17,651 nucleotides of DNA from contig JALVPN010000047.1 of the NCBI GenBank assembly GCA_027031765.1, forward strand, positions 1-17,651, given 5' to 3'. The position numbers and the translations under genes were made by a program. Shown piece after piece: positions 7,504 to 15,250 of the stretch (positions are counted from its first letter, which is position 1; every line of letters begins with the position of its first letter). This DNA is from Promethearchaeota archaeon (GTDB lineage Archaea; Asgardarchaeota; Thorarchaeia; Thorarchaeales; Thorarchaeaceae). Under the pieces are notes generated by a model. It did no database searches. It was not told the origin of the DNA and saw nothing but the letters and a program-made list of their open reading frames with translations.

Positions 7504-9345
7504 ATGGAGTCCGACGATGTTATTGAGGTCCTCGTCTGTCGAGGCACTGGCTGTGAGTCTTCAAAGTCCGATGTCCTCCAGGAGAGACTCGTCGAGGAGG
7601 TGCAGCGGCACGGCCTTGACGGGCGCGTTGTGGTCAAGCGTGTGGGGTGCCATGGCCTGTGTCAGCAGGGGCCTGTGATTGCCATCGAGCCCGAGGGGCT
7701 CTTCTACTGCCAGGTCAAGGAGTCAGACATCCCTGAGATCGTGGAGTCGCACTTTGTGAAGGGCCAGCCCGTGGAACGCCTGTTCTACGAGGCCCCGGAC
7801 GGTAAGAGGATACCACACTACCGCGACATCCCGTTCTACTCCGAACAGCAGCGTGTCATCCTCGCCAAGTCGGGACACATCGACCCCGGTGAGATTGACG
7901 ACTATGTCGCTGCTGGCGGCTACAAGGGCCTTGAACGTGCCCTCAAGGAGATGACGCCTGATGAGGTCGTGGCTGAGGTCGAGAGGTCAGGCCTCCGGGG
8001 ACGTGGTGGTGCGGGGTTCCCGACAGGCCTCAAGTGGAAGTTCGCACGGCGCTCACCGGGCGATGTCAAGTACGCTATCTGCAACGCCGACGAGGGCGAC
8101 CCCGGGGCGTTCATGGACGGCTCCATACTGATAGCAGACCCCCATGCAGTGCTCGAAGGGCTGTCCATTGCTGCGTATGCCATTGGTGCACATGAGGCCT
8201 TCATCTACGTGCGCCACGAGTACCCGGCGGCCGTGGCATCCCTCAAGAGGGCCATTGCACAGTCGTACGAGCGCGGCTTCCTCGGCAAGGACATCCTTGG
8301 CACTGGCTTTGACCTCGACATCAAGATGATGGAGGGTGCGGGTGCCTTCGTCTGCGGTGAGGAGACCGCACTGATGGCCTCCATTGAGGGGCGCCGTGGG
8401 ATGCCGCGACCACGCCCACCGTTCCCAGTCGAGTCGGGCCTCTGGGGCAAGCCCACTGTCATCAACAACGTCAAGACCCTTGCTGCGGTGTCGCTCATCC
8501 TGCGCAACGGTGCTGACTGGTTCCGCTCCATCGGCACGGAGGGCAGTCCGGGCACAGCAATATTCTCACTCACGGGCAAGGTGCGCAACACGGGCCTCGT
8601 CGAGGTGCCAATGGGTGCGACACTGAGGCACATCATCTTTGACGTGGGCGGTGGTGTGAAGGAGGGGCGCAAGTTCAAGGCTGTCCAGACGGGTGGTCCT
8701 GCTGGTGGGTGCCTCCCTGCTGAGAAGCTCGACCTGCCTGTTGACTTCGACTCGCTGAAGGCTGCCGGTGCAATCATGGGCTCCGGCGGGATGATTGTAA
8801 TGGACGAGTCCACCTGCATGGTCGATGTTGCACGCTACTTCCTGTCGTTCACGCAGGCCGAGTCGTGTGGCAAGTGCACGCCGTGTCGTGTTGGCACACT
8901 CCAGATGCTGCGGCTCCTGGACAAAATCCGTTCCGGACGCGGTGAGGAGGGTGACATCGAGAAGCTCCTCGCCCTGTGTGATACCGTGGTGAAAGGGTCG
9001 CTGTGCGGCCTCGGCCAGAACGCACCGAACCCTGTGTTGACGACGATACAGTACTTCCGCGACGAGTACGAGGCCCACATCCGTGACAAGGTATGTCCTG
9101 CGATGGTGTGCAAGGATCTCATCAAGTTCGTCATTGACCCGGACAAGTGCATCGGATGTGGTGCCTGCGCACGGATATGTCCCACCGGTGCGGCCAGGGG
9201 CGAGAAGGAGAGCGTACACACCATTGAGCAGGAACTGTGTATCAAGTGTGGTGCATGCTACGAGGTCTGTCCGCCGAGGGCGCGGGCGGTCATGAAAGTG
9301 CCGGTGGGACAGACCCTTGAGGGGGCAAAGGGAGGTGCTGAGTAG
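7504..9345 (+). CDS. NuoF-like FMN/NADH subunit of the electron-bifurcating HydB/BfuB type
   Basis: 613 aa. N-terminal thioredoxin-like [2Fe-2S] (CRGTGC...GCHGLC), GLRGRGGAGFPTG, NADEGDPGAFMD, GAFVCGEETAL, ESCGKCTPCR...SLCGLG [4Fe-4S], the extra site DESTC...H-x5-C-x4-C, and a C-terminal 2x[4Fe-4S] ferredoxin domain. Confidence 0.93.
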   Translation: MESDDVIEVLVCRGTGCESSKSDVLQERLVEEVQRHGLDGRVVVKRVGCHGLCQQGPVIAIEPEGLFYCQVKESDIPEIVESHFVKGQPVERLFYEAPDGKRIPHYRDIPFYSEQQRVILAKSGHIDPGEIDDYVAAGGYKGLERALKEMTPDEVVAEVERSGLRGRGGAGFPTGLKWKFARRSPGDVKYAICNADEGDPGAFMDGSILIADPHAVLEGLSIAAYAIGAHEAFIYVRHEYPAAVASLKRAIAQSYERGFLGKDILGTGFDLDIKMMEGAGAFVCGEETALMASIEGRRGMPRPRPPFPVESGLWGKPTVINNVKTLAAVSLILRNGADWFRSIGTEGSPGTAIFSLTGKVRNTGLVEVPMGATLRHIIFDVGGGVKEGRKFKAVQTGGPAGGCLPAEKLDLPVDFDSLKAAGAIMGSGGMIVMDESTCMVDVARYFLSFTQAESCGKCTPCRVGTLQMLRLLDKIRSGRGEEGDIEKLLALCDTVVKGSLCGLGQNAPNPVLTTIQYFRDEYEAHIRDKVCPAMVCKDLIKFVIDPDKCIGCGACARICPTGAARGEKESVHTIEQELCIKCGACYEVCPPRARAVMKVPVGQTLEGAKGGAE

Positions 9346-11640
9346 ATGCCCAAGATGACGATTGATGGACGAGAGGTCGAGTTCGGCCCCGAGTGCGAGA
9401 CCGTACTGGACGTGGCCCGCTCCGCAGGGATCTACATCCCCACACTATGTGACCATGACGAGCTGGAGCCCTACGGCGGCTGTCGACTGTGCATCGTTGA
9501 GATTGAGGGGTTGCGCGGTTACGTCCCTGCGTGTACCACTGCGGCCAAGGACGGCATGGTGGTGCGCACGGCCACCGAGGAGCTCATGCGGCTCAAGAAG
9601 GAAATCCTCCAGCTGCTGCTCATAGAGCACCCGAGCGCATGTCTTGTCTGTGCTGAGTGGCCTGCCTGCCTGCAGTACCGCACACAGGCATACAGGGCTG
9701 GCCGTGTCACTGGTTGCAACACCTGTCCCCGCCGTGATGACTGCGAGCTGCGCGAGGTGGTCGAGCACATCGGCATCACAGGCCTTGACTATACACCCGA
9801 GTACCGTGACATCCCGGTCGAACGCTCAGACCCGTTCTATGACAGGGACTACAACCTGTGCGTGCTGTGTGCGCGCTGTGTACGGGTGTGTCAGGAAGTG
9901 CGGGGCACAGGCGCCATCACATTTGTGAAGCGTGGCCACGAGACCCGTGTTGACACTGCATTTGGTACCAGCCATGTCGACTGTGGCTGCTGGTTCTGCG
10001 GTGCATGCATCGATGTCTGTCCCACTGGCGCCCTGTACCCGCGGCTCTCCAAGTGGGTCGGCATGCCCGAGTCGGAAGAGGTGACGACCTGCATGCTCTG
10101 TGGCACCGGCTGTCAGTTCCGTGCTGACATCAAGTGGGGCAAGGTCATGGCCACGGGCCCGGCACCGCCTGACAGTGCACCCAATGGCAGGCACCTGTGC
10201 GTCCTCGGCAGGTTCTGTATCCCGCCACTTGTGAACGCTGGCGACAGGCTGCGTGCACCGCATGTCCGTCGTGACGGCGAGATGGTGCCTGTGTCTTGGG
10301 ACGAGGCACTGCAGGCGGTTGTGGAGGGCCTCAAGGGTGTCCCCCCTGGACGTATCGCAGTACTCGGGGGCCCCCACCTGACCACAGAGGCTGCCTACCT
10401 GTTGCAGAAGCTGGCACGAGTGGCCCTCGGCACTCCAGACGTTGCGTCACGTGGCTGTGAGTTCGCGTCGCTGGTATACCGTGTCCTCGGTGCAGACGGG
10501 GCCCTCGACAGGGTGGCCCAGCTGGAAGACATCTCCAGGGCTGACTGGATTGTCTCACTTGGCGGGGACTTCGTGGAGTCGCACCAGGTGGTCGCAAAGA
10601 CTGTGTACGGGGCAGTACGCCGTGGCGTCCCACTTGTCCACATAGGCCAGCCCGGAAAGAACCTGCGGCGGTGGACGGTGGAGGACGTCCTCGTGGACGA
10701 GCCGGTGGCACCCGCGGTGGTACGTGTCCTCGTCGAGGGGTCTGGTGCTGTGGAGGGCGTGCCTGAAGAGCAGCTCAGACGGGTCATCGATATCGTGTCG
10801 CAGGGCCGTGGTGTCGTACTTGTCGGGCCGCGGGTGCTTGAGCTCGACAGCCCCTCTGACCTGCTGCGTGATGTGCTGCGTCTACTGGGTGATGATGGGC
10901 GTCTTGTGCCCCTGTTCCTGAACGGCAACGAGGCCGGCGTTGTCAGGGCCGGTGCTGTCCACGACATGCTGCCCGGTCCCGCCTCGGTGGCTGCCGGTGC
11001 CGCGTCCTACGAGGAGAAGTGGGGCCGTGCTGTCGCTGCGGGTGCTGACCTTGGTGCCCTCCGGGAGAAGGCCCGCGCTGGCCAGGTCGATGCTGTCATC
11101 GTACTGGACGGTTCCATCCCTGTCGACGGCTTCGAGGGAGTGCCCTTCATTGTCTACCAGTCCCCGTTCCCGTCGCCATGGCTCGAACACGCGTCAGTGG
11201 TACTGGCGTCAGCGATGTCCATTGAGGAGTCCGGTACCATGGTCAACCACGAGTTCCGGGAACAGGCCCTGAAGGCCGTTGTGCCGCCCCCTGGCGAGGC
11301 GCGTCCTGACTGGGAGGTGCTTGCCGAGCTTGCGCGTCGGATGGGGGCTGCAGGCTTCGAGTACGGCAGCCCCGGGGAGGTCTGGGACGAGCTGGCCGGG
11401 CTTGAGTGCAGGGTCGGCCCCACAGATACTGCAGCAGGTGATGCGTGGCAGCCGGTACCACGTGAGGAGACCGAGTGGTACCCACGGTACCGTGGGGCAA
11501 CACTTGCAGAACGGATTGAAGACCTGGCGGTGCTCATCGAGGCGCTACCTGGACGGCGGGCGCCGCCACCTACCGAGTCCCTTGAGGACATGATGCGAGA
11601 GGCCCGTGAGAAGTGGGCTGCGAGGACGGAGGAGGTGTAG
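9346..11640 (+). CDS. NuoG/FdhA-like multi-FeS subunit (BfuA-type) with a degenerate, probably cofactor-less molybdopterin-oxidoreductase domain
   Basis: [2Fe-2S] (TLC...GGCRLC...C), expanded His/Cys cluster region, 2x[4Fe-4S] (CVLCARC; CWFCGACIDVCP), CxxCxxGC...C cluster, and recognisable Mo-enzyme segments (EESGTMVN, PGEARPDWEVL). No C-terminal molybdopterin-dinucleotide-binding domain and no H-cluster motifs. Confidence 0.85.
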   Translation: MPKMTIDGREVEFGPECETVLDVARSAGIYIPTLCDHDELEPYGGCRLCIVEIEGLRGYVPACTTAAKDGMVVRTATEELMRLKKEILQLLLIEHPSACLVCAEWPACLQYRTQAYRAGRVTGCNTCPRRDDCELREVVEHIGITGLDYTPEYRDIPVERSDPFYDRDYNLCVLCARCVRVCQEVRGTGAITFVKRGHETRVDTAFGTSHVDCGCWFCGACIDVCPTGALYPRLSKWVGMPESEEVTTCMLCGTGCQFRADIKWGKVMATGPAPPDSAPNGRHLCVLGRFCIPPLVNAGDRLRAPHVRRDGEMVPVSWDEALQAVVEGLKGVPPGRIAVLGGPHLTTEAAYLLQKLARVALGTPDVASRGCEFASLVYRVLGADGALDRVAQLEDISRADWIVSLGGDFVESHQVVAKTVYGAVRRGVPLVHIGQPGKNLRRWTVEDVLVDEPVAPAVVRVLVEGSGAVEGVPEEQLRRVIDIVSQGRGVVLVGPRVLELDSPSDLLRDVLRLLGDDGRLVPLFLNGNEAGVVRAGAVHDMLPGPASVAAGAASYEEKWGRAVAAGADLGALREKARAGQVDAVIVLDGSIPVDGFEGVPFIVYQSPFPSPWLEHASVVLASAMSIEESGTMVNHEFREQALKAVVPPPGEARPDWEVLAELARRMGAAGFEYGSPGEVWDELAGLECRVGPTDTAAGDAWQPVPREETEWYPRYRGATLAERIEDLAVLIEALPGRRAPPPTESLEDMMREAREKWAARTEEV

Positions 11641-11642
11641 TG

Positions 11643-12518
11643 ATGGCCGGGAGGATAATTGAGAACGAAGAGGTCGTGCCGAACGTCCGGCGACTGGTAC
11701 TTGAGGCCCCGCAGATAGCACGGCGTGCAAGGCCGGGACAGTTCATCATCGTGATACCAGACGAGGTGGGCGAGCGTGTCCCGTTCTCACTTGCGGACTG
11801 GGACGCTGATGCCGGGACAATCACGGCGTTCTATCTTGAGGCTGGTGTGTCGACGCTGAAGCTGTCGCGGATGCAGCCCGGAGAGTCTGTGCATGCGCTG
11901 GTGGGGCCACTGGGAAGGCCCACCGTGATAAAGAAGTATGGCACCGTACTGGTCGGCGGTGGCTGCTATGGCCTCGGTGCCATGTATCCACTCGTACGTG
12001 CCTTCAAGGAGGCGGGCAACAGGGTGGTCGCGCTCATGGAGGGGCGCACCTCGTACGTCATCTACAACGAGGAGAAGGTGCGTGAGGTGGCTGACGAGGT
12101 CATCATATGCACCGCCGACGGCTCGCGCGGCATCCGGGGGCACGTAAAGGAGGCGTTCGAGGCGCTCAGTGAAGAGGGACGCAAGTTCGACTACGCACAC
12201 TTTGTGGGGTGTACCTACATGATGATGATATCCTCGAAGGCGACCGAGCCCTACGGCATACCCACAGTGGTGTCACTGAACGCCCTGATGGTGGACGGCA
12301 CTGGCATGTGTGGCTGTTGCAGGGTGCTGGTAGGTGGCGAGACCCGGTTCGCCTGTGTTGACGGCCCCGACTTCGACGGCCACAAGGTGGACTGGGACCA
12401 GGTCTTCTCAAGACTCGCGGCCTACGTCCCACAGGAGAACCTCGCGTACCAGTACCTCAAGTGCAGGGAGGCGGGCTCCGTGAGGGCCAGCCCGGTCCGT
12501 GAGGAGGTGAGGCCATGA
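11643..12518 (+). CDS. nfnA: NfnA/SudB-like FAD-[2Fe-2S] subunit (FNR/PyrK fold), divergent
   Basis: PGQFII...GERVPFSLAD, GPLGRP and MVDGTGMCGCCRV...FACVDGPDFDGH motifs. SD GGAGGTG precedes ATG 11643. Directly upstream of nfnB. Confidence 0.88.
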   Translation: MAGRIIENEEVVPNVRRLVLEAPQIARRARPGQFIIVIPDEVGERVPFSLADWDADAGTITAFYLEAGVSTLKLSRMQPGESVHALVGPLGRPTVIKKYGTVLVGGGCYGLGAMYPLVRAFKEAGNRVVALMEGRTSYVIYNEEKVREVADEVIICTADGSRGIRGHVKEAFEALSEEGRKFDYAHFVGCTYMMMISSKATEPYGIPTVVSLNALMVDGTGMCGCCRVLVGGETRFACVDGPDFDGHKVDWDQVFSRLAAYVPQENLAYQYLKCREAGSVRASPVREEVRP

Positions 12519-13966
12519 GCAAGCGGCCGCAGCTCACTCCACGCGAGCGGATGGCAATACCGCGTGCCAAGATGCCTGAGCAGGACCCGGCCGCCCGGGC
12601 CACCAACTTCAGGGAGGTGCCACTGGGCCTGACACCGGAACAGGCGATGCGTGAGGCCGAACGGTGCCTGAACTGCCGCAAGAGGCCGTGTGTGGCCGGC
12701 TGTCCGGTGGGCGTACAGATCCCTGAGTTCATCGCCCTCGTGGCAGAGGGCAGGTTCGTCGAGGCCGCCCGGCTGATAAAGGAGACAAACGTGCTGCCTG
12801 CAATCACGGGGCGTGTGTGTCCGCAGGAGGTACAGTGCGAGGGCAACTGCACGCTCTTCAAGAAGTACGGTGGCGTGTCAATCGGTGCCCTGGAACGCTT
12901 TGTGGCGGACTATGAGCGTGAACACGGGCTTGTCGAGATACCCCCGAAGGCAGAGCCCACTGGAAAGAAGGTGGCCATCATTGGCTCTGGCCCCTCCGGT
13001 CTGACCGTGGCCGGCGACCTGATCAAGCTGGGGCACGAGGTGGTGGTCTTTGAGGCACTGCACGAGCCTGGTGGCGTCCTTGTGTACGGCATCCCCGAGT
13101 TCCGGTTGCCAAAGGACATCGTGCGGGCAGAGGTGGACTACCTCGTCCGCCAGGGTGTCAAGTTCGAGATGAACGCCGTTGTCGGGATGACGTATACCAT
13201 GGACGAGCTCTTTGACGAGCTCGGTTTCGATGCCGTCTACATCGGGGTCGGTGCCGGCCTGCCGAGGTTCATGGGCATACCCGGCGAGGACCTCAACGGT
13301 GTCTACTCGGCGAACGAGTACCTCACACGCTCCAACCTCCTGAAGGCGTACCTGTTCCCGGACTATGACTGTCCGCTGCCGCCCGCCAAGAAGGTCTGCG
13401 TTGTCGGTGGTGGGAATGTGGCCATGGACGCCGCACGCACGGCGCGTCGCCTCGGTGCTGATGTGACAATCGTCTATCGCCGTGCACGTGAGCAGCTGCC
13501 AGCTCGTGCTGAGGAGGTGCACCATGCCGAGGAGGAGGGCATCCACTTCCAGCTCCTCTCGAACCCGGTGCGGATCATCGGGGAGGCCGGCCGTGTCGTG
13601 GGCATGGAGTGTATCCGGATGCGCCTTGGCGAGCCGGACGAGAGCGGTCGTCGACGGCCAATACCCATTGAGGGCTCAAACTTCAATATCGACTGCGACC
13701 AAGTGGTCATTGCAATCGGCTCCGCTGCCAACCCGCTGCTCACAAAGACCCTCAAGACCGTCAAGCTGAACAAGTGGGGCTACATAGAGGTCGACAAGAA
13801 CAACCGGACGAGCGACCCACGGATATGGGCTGGTGGCGACATAGTCACGGGTGCGGCGACCGTAATCTCTGCGATGGGTGCGGGCCGGATTGCTGCACGC
13901 TCAATCCACGCCTATCTCATGGGCCTGCCACAGCCCGGTGAGGAGGGCGCTGAGGGAGAACAGTGA
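12515..13966 (+). CDS. nfnB: NfnB/SudA (GltD-like) NADPH-dependent bifurcating-FAD subunit with 2x[4Fe-4S]
   Basis: CLNC...PCVAGCP, GRVCPQEVQCEGNC, LERF (Glu ligand), GSGPSG, YGIPEFRLPK, GGGNVAMD, YRR (NADPH) and GGDIVTGAATV motifs. ATGA overlap with nfnA. Confidence 0.93.
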   Translation: MSKRPQLTPRERMAIPRAKMPEQDPAARATNFREVPLGLTPEQAMREAERCLNCRKRPCVAGCPVGVQIPEFIALVAEGRFVEAARLIKETNVLPAITGRVCPQEVQCEGNCTLFKKYGGVSIGALERFVADYEREHGLVEIPPKAEPTGKKVAIIGSGPSGLTVAGDLIKLGHEVVVFEALHEPGGVLVYGIPEFRLPKDIVRAEVDYLVRQGVKFEMNAVVGMTYTMDELFDELGFDAVYIGVGAGLPRFMGIPGEDLNGVYSANEYLTRSNLLKAYLFPDYDCPLPPAKKVCVVGGGNVAMDAARTARRLGADVTIVYRRAREQLPARAEEVHHAEEEGIHFQLLSNPVRIIGEAGRVVGMECIRMRLGEPDESGRRRPIPIEGSNFNIDCDQVVIAIGSAANPLLTKTLKTVKLNKWGYIEVDKNNRTSDPRIWAGGDIVTGAATVISAMGAGRIAARSIHAYLMGLPQPGEEGAEGEQ

Positions 13967-14110
13967 CCGGTGGCTGGCGGCAAGTGTCGCCCCAGCCCCT
14001 CACCTCGCCTGCACTCCAAGCAGCACATGTGGTGGCGCTGTCCTCTCTCTGAGGCTGTGGCCCGGCTGTCCTGACCGTGGTGTGGGGCCCGTCGCACATG
14101 TTGGTACAGC

Positions 14111-15079
14111 TCACGTGTCGGCCTGTCCTCGTGCTGGAGCGTCCGTACCCCGGTCATGGCCGGGTGTGTCCCCGGTGGTCGCGCCACTGTCCGTGCTGTC
14201 CCCCCTCGCCCTGTCCCCGCGCCCTGTGATGAACAACAGGTAGTCCTTCAGCCTGCGGAGCGGGACGGAGAACTGTGGCACTCTCTCCATGTAGGCCCGA
14301 TAGTCGTCGCCGAAACGCTCCAGCAGTTCTCTCTCTTCGGCCCTGATGAGCAGCCTGATCCCCACGTATGCGATTGCGCAGGTCGCGAGGCCATACACCG
14401 ACAGGTAGAGCAGAAAGATCCCCCTGGCAAAGAGCTTGACAGTGTAGTAGATGGGGTGTCGCAGGACCGAGTAGATACGGTGCTGCTGCACCTCCGCATC
14501 CTCAGGATAGTACACGTACAGTACGACGACGTAGTCTATCCCGATGGTCCGGAACCCGGCCCATGCTGTCAGGACCGCAAGGAGGATGTGGATGCCCCCG
14601 GCAACGGCCCTGAGGTACACCTCCCATGCTGGTGCACCCAGGAGCACGAGGAACGACGTTGAGAAGAGCGTCGTCAGTCCGTTCACCGGTGGCCCCGGTG
14701 GCAGCGCAGACACAGGGAGCAGCCCATTGGCGAGCACTGACATCATGAGGGCAACACCTGTGGCACCACGCATTAGCGCCCGTGGGTATGCGCGCCTGCG
14801 CCCGTACTCCCGCACCAGGCGCTCACGGCCCGTCAGTGCACTGACCACAAGCAGGAGCCCGATGGCCTCCACGACCAGTGGGCCAACGACTGGCATGAGG
14901 GGCTCAAGTGTCGCCAGCACCTGCACACCCGTGGACACTCGTGCAGCGGTCTCCAGCCAGAACATCAGGAGCAGTGCAAGCACTCCACACGACAGTGCTG
15001 TTGCCGGGAACACGAGCAGGCGGTGCCCAGGATGGTCAGGGAGCCTGCGTCGCACGTTGTCAAGACCCTTTATCTTCAT
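14111..15079 (-). CDS. ICMT/PEMT-family integral membrane S-adenosylmethionine-dependent methyltransferase
   Basis: Several hydrophobic segments, followed by IYSVLRHPIY and EERELLERFGDDYRAYMERVPQF, the two family motifs. Start at MKIKG (15079) is preferred; the ORF call extends to 15103. Confidence 0.82.
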   Translation of the reverse strand: MKIKGLDNVRRRLPDHPGHRLLVFPATALSCGVLALLLMFWLETAARVSTGVQVLATLEPLMPVVGPLVVEAIGLLLVVSALTGRERLVREYGRRRAYPRALMRGATGVALMMSVLANGLLPVSALPPGPPVNGLTTLFSTSFLVLLGAPAWEVYLRAVAGGIHILLAVLTAWAGFRTIGIDYVVVLYVYYPEDAEVQQHRIYSVLRHPIYYTVKLFARGIFLLYLSVYGLATCAIAYVGIRLLIRAEERELLERFGDDYRAYMERVPQFSVPLRRLKDYLLFITGRGDRARGDSTDSGATTGDTPGHDRGTDAPARGQADT

Positions 15080-15250
15080 GTCCAGTCGGGGTACACGACG
15101 CACTGCACCATCATAAGTGATGTGGGCCCAGTGGCGTCCTTCGTGGTGTCCTGTGGTGCATGGGACGGGACTGACGCAGTCGCCATGTCCACGGCCGGTG
15201 AGCGTTGCCGGACTGCTTCTCCTGAGCGCAGCCCATAGGAGCAGGGGGTG

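Noticed and set aside
9346-11640. Annotation as formate dehydrogenase alpha subunit, [FeFe]-hydrogenase or a selenoprotein
   Set aside because: No domain IV, catalytic His and CxKG Lys absent, no H-cluster motifs, and no in-frame TGA (the gene ends in TAG).
7005-11640. Respiratory complex I nuoEFG
   Set aside because: No membrane or quinone-module nuo genes adjacent, and the NuoF-like protein has the additional HydB-type clusters.
12515-13966. Glutamate synthase small subunit (gltD)
   Set aside because: No gltB nearby. It is translationally coupled to an NfnA/SudB homologue, which defines NfnB/SudA.
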